Assembly: GCA_018649885.1 (NCBI GenBank)
Contig: JABIHA010000020.1
Location: forward strand, 1 to 64,000
Length of the DNA stretch: 64,000 bases
Direction: 5' to 3'
Origin: Bacteriovoracaceae bacterium
GTDB lineage: Bacteria > Bdellovibrionota > Bacteriovoracia > Bacteriovoracales > Bacteriovoracaceae
Below are positions 30,499-40,494 of the stretch, piece after piece (position 1 is the stretch's first letter; each line of letters opens with the position of its first letter). The translations under genes and the position numbers were made by a program. The notes beneath the pieces were generated by a model, which was not told the origin of the DNA, did not search any database, and saw nothing but the letters and a program-made list of their open reading frames with translations.

Positions 30499-31389
30499 TT
30501 AATTTGTGAATAATTCTTTTCTTTCTATAAGTTGATCAACAGTATCCCACTGCTCACCAGAGATAATAAAAGTTCTTGTGGTCTTTCCTCCGAGAGAAGC
30601 ATTTACAACCTCAGTTACACTACGAATATCTGCTGTATACTCTGCTTGAATTTTGTCGATTGTGCCCTGGTCGCTCACTTTAGTAACATCAAGATCAGCA
30701 CCAAAAGACTGATAATCTATGCCGTATGATGTGTGATCAACTTCGAGTTTTAAATCAACTCCCGCATAACTTACATAAACCACATTACGGACATTATGAT
30801 TATTCGCTCTCAGTCCAATTGAACTACCAAGACTTGTACTATTTGTCGGTACTTCTGCTTTATTAGCTTTTGTTTCTTTGCCTGGTATATAGAATTTTCT
30901 CTCACCTGCTATTTTGTTCAAAAAGGCGATGGGGTGAATTCCTTCAAAATTTTCTTCAATTGTTTTACAGTCACTTTCTGTCATACTGAGAATTTTAGAA
31001 GGCTCATCTACAAAAGACTGGGCCACTTCAGTAGATGCAAAAAGACATTCATATTCATTTTTATCTACTAAAAGTGCTTCGTCAGCTATGACTTTTTCAA
31101 GTTGATAAATATCTTCTGTATAATAAGCTCTATCTTTTATTGTAAGCTCGGCTGGCTTACCTTTTACAAATCTAATGCGAAGATTAGTTCCGTTGTGCTT
31201 TAATAGAAAATTCTCAGTATCAAAATAATAATTTGTCTGTTCTTTGAGCTTAATTTTATTTCCCTTTTCCACAAATTTAGAAATCAAGGAGCTGTGTGCC
31301 TGCTCAGTTAAAAGGGTCTTAAATTCTGCTTCGTCCAAGGCCAGTCCAGAAAAAAGTGTGCAAGCAAGTACAACGGTAAACTTGTTCAT
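30499..31389 (-). CDS. CYTH (triphosphate tunnel metalloenzyme) domain protein with signal peptide
   Basis: EAEFK (ExExK), QTNYYFDT, LRIR, ELTIK, LEVD. Signal peptide MNKFTVVLACTLFSGLA. AGGAG RBS. Confidence 0.8.
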   Translation of the reverse strand: MNKFTVVLACTLFSGLALDEAEFKTLLTEQAHSSLISKFVEKGNKIKLKEQTNYYFDTENFLLKHNGTNLRIRFVKGKPAELTIKDRAYYTEDIYQLEKVIADEALLVDKNEYECLFASTEVAQSFVDEPSKILSMTESDCKTIEENFEGIHPIAFLNKIAGERKFYIPGKETKANKAEVPTNSTSLGSSIGLRANNHNVRNVVYVSYAGVDLKLEVDHTSYGIDYQSFGADLDVTKVSDQGTIDKIQAEYTADIRSVTEVVNASLGGKTTRTFIISGEQWDTVDQLIERKELFTN

Positions 31390-31731
31390 CGGTGATCTCC
31401 TTTGACCAACACTGCGTACGCCGAAAACTCGGCAAAAAGAAAATAGTGGGGATAACTTAATACACGTACGCTCCGCATCATATGTCTAGCTACTTATTTA
31501 CACCCTCACTAATAAGTGAAAGTTAAATACGTGAATGTTTCTATGATTTTGAATAGTTACAGTGACATTCTATTCTTCAACGCCCACTTCCGCACTACAG
31601 GGTAGCTCCGCATGGATTGCCTAATAAATAGACACTTCCTAAATTTTTTACTCCATCTCACAAGCAGAGCGCAGGTTGGGTTACTATGGCTGCAAAGAAA
31701 TAAGATTTGAAAATCTACACAGGATAAACTT

Positions 31732-32187
31732 ATGAAATTAATAGCACTTACCGCACTTATTTTCACATGCCTGCCAAATTTCTCTAGTGCTGAGATCGAT
31801 CTGTCATGCCTAGAGCGTGTGATGCTAAAGCGAGTTGCCAGCAAGGCGATGATGCCCGTTAGAATCATGACCCTAGGAATAGTTGGAAGAATTAATGTCT
31901 CTACCTATCGAGGAACTTTGAGAGCTCAAAGAGTTCTAGAGAGCTCCACAAGCCTAGTCGAGGGAAGTGCCTATGGTGAAAAGAGTCCCGATTACAAAAG
32001 AGTCAAACGTTTTACAAAAAAGGTCGCAAGAAAAATAGACATGGAAATTGAACCTCTTGATATGGCCCAAATTGTCTATGACATGGACCAAAATAAGGAA
32101 TTGTGTCCTCGAATATCAGACTTATACAGACGTCACTTTGATTACCGTGAACTAAGAGATTATACGGCCTCTAAACTCAGCCAGTAA
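31732..32187 (+). CDS. secreted hypothetical protein
   Basis: AGGA RBS and signal peptide. Confidence 0.75.
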   Translation: MKLIALTALIFTCLPNFSSAEIDLSCLERVMLKRVASKAMMPVRIMTLGIVGRINVSTYRGTLRAQRVLESSTSLVEGSAYGEKSPDYKRVKRFTKKVARKIDMEIEPLDMAQIVYDMDQNKELCPRISDLYRRHFDYRELRDYTASKLSQ

Positions 32188-32219
32188 AAATAAGTAAATC
32201 CCCTAAAGCGGAATGGACC

Positions 32220-32912
32220 ATGAAATTAATATTGATCACCCTATGCCTTGGAATATTCACCCAATCGTCTCACGCAAAGCTTGGGAAAAAAGTGAGTATT
32301 CGCGACTATATAGAGGCTGGGAAAACTAAACTTTTAGGGCCAAAGTCAAGACTCATTGAAAGCCTATTTTACAACAAAAAATATGCGTGTACTGAGAGAG
32401 TTGATCATGTCAACGGCATGAGACTTCTGGCAATGGATCAAGTGGAAGAAGCTCTCAGAGAAATATCTGTATATGAGAAGAAACCAAAGGTTAAAAAATC
32501 AAGAAGTCTTCGAAGAAGACTTCGAAGGATTGCAAGGCGCTACAGGTGTATTTTAAGAAAGCTGCCAGTGGCATTAATTCACTGTCAAACAAAGAGATGT
32601 CAGAGAAAGAAAATTTCTGCTAGCTCCAAGACACCCACTTTCCCACATATTAGCCTGTGCAACAGACTATTTAAAAAAGGTGACTATAAACAAGCTGCAA
32701 TCTTAGTCCATGAACTCTCTCATACATGTGGAACCCTTGACTTTGAATATGATGATAAACCTAGGAAGCATTATGGCATTTTTGGTGTAATCGCCAATGC
32801 GGAAAGTTTTGAATATTGGATTAAAAAAGGCTTTTGCCTTCCGGGTCTAGATTGTCCCGATCCTAAAGAAGAATACCAAATCAAAGAATTATGGGACAAC
32901 CTACTTCACTAA
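32220..32912 (+). CDS. secreted aspzincin (M35-like) metalloendopeptidase
   Basis: ILVHELSHTCGTLD (HExxH plus GTxD), NAESF, signal peptide, very basic. Confidence 0.75.
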   Translation: MKLILITLCLGIFTQSSHAKLGKKVSIRDYIEAGKTKLLGPKSRLIESLFYNKKYACTERVDHVNGMRLLAMDQVEEALREISVYEKKPKVKKSRSLRRRLRRIARRYRCILRKLPVALIHCQTKRCQRKKISASSKTPTFPHISLCNRLFKKGDYKQAAILVHELSHTCGTLDFEYDDKPRKHYGIFGVIANAESFEYWIKKGFCLPGLDCPDPKEEYQIKELWDNLLH

Positions 32913-32947
32913 TCTCACTAAATTCACTTGTAGGAGCACGAAGAAAA

Positions 32948-33754
32948 TTAATCTTTCCAGTAAGTCTCTGTTTTAGAAATAATCTTTTTTTGGAATAATT
33001 TTCTTTTGGATAGCTTCTTTTCTAAATCGCTATAAGCTTTAGTAAAATGATGGACATCACTTGTGTTCACTTTAAAAGATAAAGAACTGAGAGTCTTTTG
33101 TTTGAAAAACCAAACTTCGAAATCAAATTCAGTGTCCTCAAGTGCAGGGATCCCTCCCGCTCTGTATTTGAGAGAGTATTTTTTTCGAATTACTTTTTTG
33201 GGAATGCCTAGACTATCAGGGTCAGTATTTTTACTTAAGATTTGAAAAATAACAGGATAGTTTTTTCTAAGAAAATCGAGAAAGGCATTTTTTTTTACCT
33301 TTTCGATTTCTTTCATAAAATTCGATTTTACCACGTAGCTGACGGAATAAGATTTCCCACTACCTTTGCGGTCAATTTCAAACTTTACTTCATCAAAATT
33401 TTGGGCATCTAGCACCATTAAATCTGCTTCAAATGCTGATCTCACTTTAATGGTGAAAGTACTTTTCTTAGGCTGCGTTAAATTGGGTCTAATTCGAAAA
33501 ATGAGATTATTTTGTTTTAGCTCCCTATCTTCGGTGTCTATATAATAGACGGCATATTTTTTTTGCTCACCCTTAACTTTGAAACCTTTCAGTCTTTTTT
33601 CAACTTTTGCTATAATCTCTTTTGAACTATCACTTCTTTTTACACCTATATTTTTGAGGTCATAACTAAACTCTGTTGATGAAAACTTACTTTCACCTGC
33701 ATAGGCGCTAGAGAATATAAAACTAAGTAAAATAACTAGTGATTTTGGGTCCAT
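32948..33754 (-). CDS. divergent CYTH-like protein with signal peptide
   Basis: VYYIDTEDREL...IFRIR, FTIKVR, KFEID, FEVW. ExExK is degenerate. Signal ends SSAYA. Confidence 0.65.
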   Translation of the reverse strand: MDPKSLVILLSFIFSSAYAGESKFSSTEFSYDLKNIGVKRSDSSKEIIAKVEKRLKGFKVKGEQKKYAVYYIDTEDRELKQNNLIFRIRPNLTQPKKSTFTIKVRSAFEADLMVLDAQNFDEVKFEIDRKGSGKSYSVSYVVKSNFMKEIEKVKKNAFLDFLRKNYPVIFQILSKNTDPDSLGIPKKVIRKKYSLKYRAGGIPALEDTEFDFEVWFFKQKTLSSLSFKVNTSDVHHFTKAYSDLEKKLSKRKLFQKKIISKTETYWKD

Positions 33755-33979
33755 GAAAGGGTTACTAACACCTTCATATTTATAAGACAACGCATCTCTT
33801 ATTATTTCAAAATAAAGTGTTTATTTGGTTCAACTTCTAGCTCTACGCTTGAAGAGTTTATTGACGCGGCACATATCGATTAAGAGTCTCAGAATACTGA
33901 GTAATTTTTTCTATGCTTTTAAACAAGTTTCGACGGCCGGTAACCCCCATGCTAGCTCAAGTTATCAATAGGAGAAAAA

Positions 33980-34507
33980 ATGAAAACACTTTTAATTTTA
34001 TGCACCTTCATTGCTAGCTTATCAGCGTTAGCAAAATGTCCTGACTTCTCTGGAAGTTATCAAATCGAATCCTGTCAAAATGACGACAAAGCAAGTTATG
34101 TTTTGTTTAGCTTAGCAATGGATCTACCAGCAAATGAAATAGTCTCTCTTGAGCAAAAAGGCTGCAAAGAAGTGGTATTTTCTTTTGAAGATGAGAACGG
34201 CAATGACTTGGGCTCTAGTAAAGCACTCCCTTTTAAAAAAGATCTCTCCATAGTACTGGGAGAGTTATACAAAAATGTTAAGATATCTATTTCTAAACGT
34301 AAAAAAGAGATCAAAATTATCAGTAAATATATTTATGTCAGCGAAGGCAGTTATCAAAAAAGTATTGCCGTTCTAAAAATGAATAAAGATGGATCGCTTC
34401 TAGCAACTGTTAACAATATCAGTGGAGGCTTTGTGCCATATTTATTCGAGGGAAAGCTGCGACAAAATAAACTGACAAGCTCATGTATTTTGAAAAAAAT
34501 TAAATAG
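33980..34507 (+). CDS. secreted hypothetical protein
   Basis: AGGAG RBS, signal ending SALA, CPDFSGSY N-terminus. Confidence 0.78.
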   Translation: MKTLLILCTFIASLSALAKCPDFSGSYQIESCQNDDKASYVLFSLAMDLPANEIVSLEQKGCKEVVFSFEDENGNDLGSSKALPFKKDLSIVLGELYKNVKISISKRKKEIKIISKYIYVSEGSYQKSIAVLKMNKDGSLLATVNNISGGFVPYLFEGKLRQNKLTSSCILKKIK

Positions 34508-34541
34508 GTAGTAAAGCTAGAATAGTGTGGTCTTTGATTTT

Positions 34542-34949
34542 TTAAGTCAGATCTAATGAACTGCGCTCTTTTTTTAAAAGGGATAGTGCGATTACAAGCG
34601 CAATAACTTGAGGTATTCCACCTAGAATCGTTGACAGATCTTGCCTAAATTCAAAATGAATAATATTTAACCACATTAAAAGAGCTCCAGTAGTCAAAAT
34701 AAGTGTTCCTGAAATGGGACCAAGAACAGCAATATACAGACCCACCCTACTTCTTTTAAGCAGTAAAACTAAGGCCGTTCCGTAGAGAAAGCCCCCTCCA
34801 AGGGAAACATAGTACTTAGGCTTCCAGGAAAAAAGTCCAATCCAAGACAATATGGGTTGTAGGGCGTGATGAAGAAATACAATCAACATTAAAAGTTGAA
34901 TGCCCATCCACAATTTATTTTTATCTGATTTTTTTAGCATCGCATTCAA
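34542..34949 (-). CDS. small 4-TM membrane protein
   Basis: Four hydrophobic segments and a GGGGAG RBS. Lies directly downstream of the protease gene. Confidence 0.7.
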   Translation of the reverse strand: MNAMLKKSDKNKLWMGIQLLMLIVFLHHALQPILSWIGLFSWKPKYYVSLGGGFLYGTALVLLLKRSRVGLYIAVLGPISGTLILTTGALLMWLNIIHFEFRQDLSTILGGIPQVIALVIALSLLKKERSSLDLT

Positions 34950-34977
34950 TCATACTCCCCATTCCTACAATTGTCAC

Positions 34978-36411
34978 TCAATGGGTAAAGGGTTTTACAT
35001 CAATAACGATCTTGGAAAAATCGTTTTTGGGTGCCCAAAGGCGACCATTTTTTTCTCCTGTTTGATCCTTGGCACATTCCCATCCCCTGGAACTGTATGC
35101 CGTTGAATCATCATACCTACAACTGTCTCCATAAGAGTTTTGAATGAGAATTTTACACTGACATGTATTTTGGTCCCACTTTTGTCCAACCATAGCAAGA
35201 TCGTGTTCACCACAATCTTTCTTTTTCATCACTTTTTCACTGGGTGCATTAAAGGTCGCTATTTCAGAATTCACTCCCAAGAATTCTGCACACACTGCTA
35301 GACCTATGGGCAGAGCATTCTCTTGACTCAAATTACTTGAAATAGCTCTGTCTAGTGATTTTATGGCGACATTTTGGTAGTCATCTTTAGATTTTTCAAA
35401 ACTTTTTCGCACGTCTAAGTGCTCGCACTGGTAATCCTTAAAAACTTCACTGAGACCAGGATCTTTTTTACAATTTCTTATAAAGTAATTTTCTAATTCT
35501 CTAAGCATTCTCCCCAGATGATATCCTTTTATGGAGTCTAAGAATGTTACAAATTCAGTGTCGATAGAGGTGGCTGAATTACTATCTTCAGCACACAGCT
35601 TAGCACCATACCCTTCAAATAACGCTTTCATTTCTTCTTGAGAATTAATACTATTTTGGGCCTCTAGATATTGCACCTGCAATTTGAATAGCCTGTCTTT
35701 TAAACGAGAATCCGTGCTCAACTGGTCCCCAAGTCCTTCAGCATAACTTCTTAAAAGACTTTCATCTAATATTTCAATTGTTCCGGTATTTTCTACAAAC
35801 TTAACCAATCCCGACAAATTGTACTTCTTCTCAATTTTTCGCAATTTTTTTAAGATGGCCTCTGCTTTTCCCTCTGGATTTATCACGGACCTATTTCCTT
35901 CCAAGGTATTTCGTAAATAATAGTAGCTGGCCGTATAGGACGGATCCCTAATAGCGGAATCTCCACAAAGTCCCCTTTTTTTGACTCTTTTTAATGTTTC
36001 GCAACTATCATCAGAAGTAAAAAAACCATCAAGTGGAGTCCAGTTATAGGGATACAAACCAGGTGTTACAGAAAGCACTCCTTTCAAAAACTTTGAGCGT
36101 GAAATGATCGCCAATTCCAGTGGATCAATAAATCTTCTCTTTGAAGGTCCTTGCTCAATATTTAAAATGGAATCCATAATTAGCTGTGAAGAGAAAGCAA
36201 AACAAAGACCTGTTTGTTCTTGATCCTCTACCTTAGTACCTTCAAGGATTGGACCCCCCTCTTTGTTTTTCCCCCATGGTCCCACCTTGTCTAATTGGTA
36301 GTATTGACAGTTGTTTTGCTCGGCGGTGTTTAGACAAGTTGAATAACTAAAAGTGGAAAATACCATCAGTGAAATTAGTAGTATGTAATGTGGTAGTGAA
36401 TATTGTCGCAT
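34978..36411 (-). CDS. secreted papain-like (C1) cysteine protease with large insertion
   Basis: EDQEQTGLCFAFS (Gln/Cys), GEHDLAMVG (His), IQNSYG (Asn), signal peptide. Confidence 0.8.
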   Translation of the reverse strand: MRQYSLPHYILLISLMVFSTFSYSTCLNTAEQNNCQYYQLDKVGPWGKNKEGGPILEGTKVEDQEQTGLCFAFSSQLIMDSILNIEQGPSKRRFIDPLELAIISRSKFLKGVLSVTPGLYPYNWTPLDGFFTSDDSCETLKRVKKRGLCGDSAIRDPSYTASYYYLRNTLEGNRSVINPEGKAEAILKKLRKIEKKYNLSGLVKFVENTGTIEILDESLLRSYAEGLGDQLSTDSRLKDRLFKLQVQYLEAQNSINSQEEMKALFEGYGAKLCAEDSNSATSIDTEFVTFLDSIKGYHLGRMLRELENYFIRNCKKDPGLSEVFKDYQCEHLDVRKSFEKSKDDYQNVAIKSLDRAISSNLSQENALPIGLAVCAEFLGVNSEIATFNAPSEKVMKKKDCGEHDLAMVGQKWDQNTCQCKILIQNSYGDSCRYDDSTAYSSRGWECAKDQTGEKNGRLWAPKNDFSKIVIDVKPFTH

Positions 36412-36419
36412 GCACCTTG

Positions 36420-36447
36420 ATATCGGGTTTTAAGCTGAAATAACTTA
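36420..36447 (-). promoter_or_regulatory. possible sigma28 (FliA) promoter
   Basis: Minus strand TAAG-N16-CCCGATAT, ending 8 nt before the protease ATG. Confidence 0.4.
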
Positions 36448-36512
36448 GCAAAAAACTAGACAACCACAACAAGGTTTCTCAACGCCAAAATATACTGATA
36501 GACTTGGTGTAT

Positions 36513-36872
36513 ATGAGATATAAAATACCAACCCTTTTAGTCGTATTTTCCGTCATCGCCATTTTTTTGTACTTTATGAGTAACCCAAAAAAAGAAAGCA
36601 ATTCTGCCAAAACTAAAAAAACTAGATCCAAGAAGAAAATCACATTTAAAGATTTGGCACCCAAGAAAAAACAGGATTTTCAAATTAACTCAAAAGGATC
36701 GAAGTCGACCAAAAAGATCAAAGGGAAAAAAAGTGGTATCAGTTTTTCAATATCACCTACTGATGATTTTTACCAAGCCGCAAAAGATGCTAACTATGAT
36801 ATCAAGAAAACCATTAAGGCAATTAACGTTAAAAAGCTTCCTGTAAAAGGACAGGTTAATATAGTTTTTTAA
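36513..36872 (+). CDS. membrane-anchored Lys-rich hypothetical protein (possibly truncated)
   Basis: N-terminal TM helix followed by a basic linker. Confidence 0.55.
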   Translation: MRYKIPTLLVVFSVIAIFLYFMSNPKKESNSAKTKKTRSKKKITFKDLAPKKKQDFQINSKGSKSTKKIKGKKSGISFSISPTDDFYQAAKDANYDIKKTIKAINVKKLPVKGQVNIVF

Positions 36873-36920
36873 CCATTCCCTGCCCTAATATCAAGCAAGC
36901 CTTGAAAACATCCCCATTTT

Positions 36921-38588
36921 TTAACGAGACAGGTAGACAAACTGAGCTAGTTTTAATCTAGGTCTTGGATTTTTAAGCCAATAGGGAACATATCCTAATC
37001 TCAATTTCAGCTGGTGAAAGAAGAGATTGGGCACGATTGGAGAGCTATTAAGAGAATCGATAGTCTGATCTCTTCCACTGGCAGGGCTTAGTACAAGTGA
37101 GCGATTTCCTCGCCATCCAATAAAGAAACCTTTGGGCCAATGAGTGTATGGACCAAACTCCACAGCGCTACTTCCCGATTGAAAATCATTGTATATATTC
37201 CAGTAGACATTTTTTCTAGCAGAATGAAGACCTTTATTACTGCTCCCACTACTTTTTAGAGGATTAACGGGGTCTCCGGTGTGTTTAATAGTAATTTGAG
37301 TGTGTAAGTTTTCAAAGTTTAGTGCTCGGTGAGCATCCATAGAAAGATTTTCTCCCCATCCTCTAGAATAAACATTTCGATGTGCTGCCCATGAAATAGA
37401 TGTTCCATGTATTTGAGGCACCTCAATTCTCCAACTATCAAAAAGACAATCTGTGGACCAACTCATAAGAAGAGGGTGATGCATTTTTCTACCCTGAATA
37501 AGAATATCTCTAACAGTTACAAATCTTATGGTATGCAAGATGATCCCACTATCAGCATTGAGAGTGTGAACATTTCGAACCCATCCATTAATTAAATTTT
37601 GAACATAAATGGCATTGTATCCCTTTTCATCGAGATGCCCTGGATAATCAGTTTCTGGAAACTCAAAACTTAATTCTTCTATTCCAACCTCAGTCAGGTG
37701 AGGTTTTCTCGTTAGGCTTACATTCCACTCAGGTCTAATATCCGTACGAATTGATTTGGCTATTTTGACTACATTTCCCTTTACAGATGTCACTTGAACC
37801 CACTCTCTCACTTTGGAAGCATCTGAATCTTGAATATATGTTCCAAAATCAGAAGAGGATACTACGCCACCATAGAGATTATCTAAAAGCGTATCGCTTC
37901 CCATATCATTGTGCCACTCAAGTTGAATCCACTCTCCTGCCTCAGGACGATCAGATGATGCCCAATTAACAGGCAGCGTGCGGCTACCAACATTTAAGCT
38001 AGAACTGACTGTTCCTAAGTTTGTTACTTCGGCAATATCATCAGGCTTTACGTGAAAGAAAGCACCACTCCAGCTCCAAGCATTATTTTCACCTTCGACA
38101 TCTGATAGTGAATAAGGAAGCTTTATGATAGTTTGCTCTGGTCCTGCTCCTCTTATTTGAATGTTACTACGATTAATTTGAATAACCTCTGTTATGACAT
38201 AGGTTCCCTCAGGAAAATAAACGACACCTCCGTTAACTCTCGCCATATCCATTGCATCTTGCACAGCTTGTGTATCATCAGTGATACCATCTCCCGTGGC
38301 GCCAAAACTTGTAACATTGAAATTCTGAAGACCATAGAGACGAGGCGTATCTTTGGCACTTGCATGATAACCAGCAAAGGAAAAGTCTACAAGTCCCTCA
38401 TGGCCAACCTCATACAAAGGTCTTTTTATCGCAATTTCAAAATTAAGATTTTTGATCATTGGTTTAGTTTCGGCCGTTTTTGATCTAGTGACGATTTTAC
38501 GTTTAGATTTGTAAACATATCTTCTTCTTGCAAATGATATACTGGAAAAACTAAGAGATAATAAACACAATAAAATAAATTTAACCAT
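36921..38588 (-). CDS. secreted right-handed beta-helix glycoside hydrolase/lyase (Pectate_lyase_3-like)
   Basis: DFSFAGYH, NVTSFGATGDGITDDTQAVQ, VVYFPEGTY, IRGAG, signal peptide. Confidence 0.82.
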   Translation of the reverse strand: MVKFILLCLLSLSFSSISFARRRYVYKSKRKIVTRSKTAETKPMIKNLNFEIAIKRPLYEVGHEGLVDFSFAGYHASAKDTPRLYGLQNFNVTSFGATGDGITDDTQAVQDAMDMARVNGGVVYFPEGTYVITEVIQINRSNIQIRGAGPEQTIIKLPYSLSDVEGENNAWSWSGAFFHVKPDDIAEVTNLGTVSSSLNVGSRTLPVNWASSDRPEAGEWIQLEWHNDMGSDTLLDNLYGGVVSSSDFGTYIQDSDASKVREWVQVTSVKGNVVKIAKSIRTDIRPEWNVSLTRKPHLTEVGIEELSFEFPETDYPGHLDEKGYNAIYVQNLINGWVRNVHTLNADSGIILHTIRFVTVRDILIQGRKMHHPLLMSWSTDCLFDSWRIEVPQIHGTSISWAAHRNVYSRGWGENLSMDAHRALNFENLHTQITIKHTGDPVNPLKSSGSSNKGLHSARKNVYWNIYNDFQSGSSAVEFGPYTHWPKGFFIGWRGNRSLVLSPASGRDQTIDSLNSSPIVPNLFFHQLKLRLGYVPYWLKNPRPRLKLAQFVYLSR

Positions 38589-38641
38589 TTCTCTCCCCCC
38601 AAGGCATAGAAACTAAATTAACAACGTGCCCCCTAGTAGAA

Positions 38642-38657
38642 AGCAATTTAGAGGCCA
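38642..38657 (-). promoter_or_regulatory. sigma54 -24/-12 promoter candidate
   Basis: Minus strand TGGCCTCTAAATTGCT (GG-N10-GC), about 55 nt upstream of the beta-helix gene. Confidence 0.6.
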
Positions 38658-38752
38658 ACAAAGGCCACCTAAGCCCTTTAAATTTAGTTATGGCAATTGG
38701 ACAAACCAGAGATTTTGAGCAAAACCTTGACAAAAACAAGGCCAATTAAAAT

Positions 38753-39049
38753 CTATTTACCAGGACACCTTCCAGCTGCGTGCTCATCTATTATCCCAAA
38801 TACATTTTCAAACTGAAAGTTATAGATTAGCTCATGACAAAATTCTTCCACAGCATCTGTAGAGGCAATACTCGCCTCCCAATAGAAGTCACTCATAATG
38901 AATCCTACTCTAGTAAATGTGAAGTCATGCTCTCCTGGCAAAGTGAATTCAAGGTAATCAAGATAGCGCTCCCTAAAATCAGCGGTTTTTTCAAGAAGTG
39001 TTAACCTCACTCCAATCAAGAACTGCCTGCTCAACAAGCTCACCATCAC
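38753..39049 (-). CDS. hypothetical protein
   Basis: 98-aa ORF with protein-like composition that fills the gap. No motif. Confidence 0.45.
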   Translation of the reverse strand: MMVSLLSRQFLIGVRLTLLEKTADFRERYLDYLEFTLPGEHDFTFTRVGFIMSDFYWEASIASTDAVEEFCHELIYNFQFENVFGIIDEHAAGRCPGK

Positions 39050-39193
39050 GCCGGCTAGACTCGTAGCTAGAAGCGTATCCTAAGACCCTTGCTTTGATAT
39101 TTTTCTATGAATTCAAATCAAAAATTTCACCAGAGAAGAAATAGCAGATCAGGAGGACTTGGCAAAATTACTGAAACTACTATCTAAGTAGTA

Positions 39194-39219
39194 GGCACGT
39201 GGGTCTTATCCCACGCGCC
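39194..39219 (-). terminator. terminator-like hairpin
   Basis: GGCACGTGGG...CCCACGCGCC stem just past the 39234 stop. Weak U-tract. Confidence 0.5.
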
Positions 39220-39233
39220 ATAATTGACTAAGC

Positions 39234-40334
39234 CTAATAGTTAATTCCTTGTTCTACATAGTTCTGAGAAGGCCTGTAGCTGGCGCCAGTGGGTACAGCA
39301 TATGGCCAATTGATATTTGTAGTATATCCATTGTCACAAATATAAGCGCCACTACTTTTAGAAATCCAAATTGTTTCAAGATTAGCAAAGTTAGTGAAGC
39401 CACTATTTGTCCCTAGATCAAGGGCAATGCCTCTAGTTCTTATGACACCCATAGCATCACGGATATCATCAAAAGCTGAATCAACTTGTGACTGGGTAAG
39501 ACCAAACTTTGAAAAAGAATAACTCTTAATTCCAGTGGGATTACTAGCGAGAAAAATGGTTAGGTAATTGTCCAAGAAATCACTTACTATGTCTTCTGTC
39601 AAAGCATCAAGTTGGTCACCATTTTCAAAGGTTACCACAAGATTATTTACAATTTGCTCGATACCCACATCAACTTTCAGGATTGAGTTTCCTTCACCAC
39701 CATTATAGTAATCTAAACCCGATCCTAAATAAATTCCATTTCTACTTTCAAATGGAAAACTTCCAAATAATTTAAAACGACTTCTTAGATGGACATTAAA
39801 AGTATTAAAGTAAGTACTGATTCTATAAGTTGCTAGCCCAAATTGTAGTGTTCCTTCAATCCAAATAGTATTAATAATCACAGAGTCATGCGTATACTCA
39901 TCAAAAATTCTAGAAGTTCTTTTCATTTCAAGATTCCAGCTCTCTCCAAAGTTTGCCTGATTGCCGGTGTAAGAAATACTATCAATATTAAAGCTCAGGC
40001 CTTGCCCAAAAACATTGCTGATAAATGTGCTAATATTTGCATTACTCAGAAGGTTAAAACTTCCTAATAAATTATCTATAGGAGCATTGAGAATCCTGTC
40101 ATAATTGAGGTTACCAATTTTTGGAGTTTCAAGATTCAGTATTTCAGGAATTTTAACCTGTGAGCAAACCTCACGCCTTTCAAGTCGAACAGGTGCTTTT
40201 TGAAATGTTATAGTCTTGGTAGTCGGCTTTCTTCTTGGTCTTTTTCTTGTACGAATTTTAGTTTCAGAATATGAAGTATTTAATGTGAAAAACAATAGTA
40301 CAAATAGGCCAAATAGTCTTTGTAGCATTTTCAT
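39234..40334 (-). CDS. secreted hypothetical protein
   Basis: ATG 40334 after GGGGGG RBS. Signal peptide, then an Arg/Lys-rich segment. Confidence 0.75.
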   Translation of the reverse strand: MKMLQRLFGLFVLLFFTLNTSYSETKIRTRKRPRRKPTTKTITFQKAPVRLERREVCSQVKIPEILNLETPKIGNLNYDRILNAPIDNLLGSFNLLSNANISTFISNVFGQGLSFNIDSISYTGNQANFGESWNLEMKRTSRIFDEYTHDSVIINTIWIEGTLQFGLATYRISTYFNTFNVHLRSRFKLFGSFPFESRNGIYLGSGLDYYNGGEGNSILKVDVGIEQIVNNLVVTFENGDQLDALTEDIVSDFLDNYLTIFLASNPTGIKSYSFSKFGLTQSQVDSAFDDIRDAMGVIRTRGIALDLGTNSGFTNFANLETIWISKSSGAYICDNGYTTNINWPYAVPTGASYRPSQNYVEQGINY

Positions 40335-40494
40335 ATATTCCCCCCAAGGAAAAATTGTGCAACATTCTAGGATGAGGGCAGCCTCTAAAAAATGCAATAA
40401 TTGTCAGCGAGATATCCTATCTATTCGATTTTATAAAAGGCAGTGTAATATAGGCTTGCCAAAAATCTGTGTTTTTATGTTTGAAAGGGAAATA

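Noticed and set aside
31414..31470. Riboswitch-like leader upstream of the CYTH gene (GCGTACG/CGTACGC plus GCCGA hairpin)
   Set aside because: Only short stems, and no riboswitch consensus recognised.
33938..33953. sigma54-like CGGTAACCCCCATGCT
   Set aside because: Correct GG-N10-GC spacing but a poor match at both boxes.
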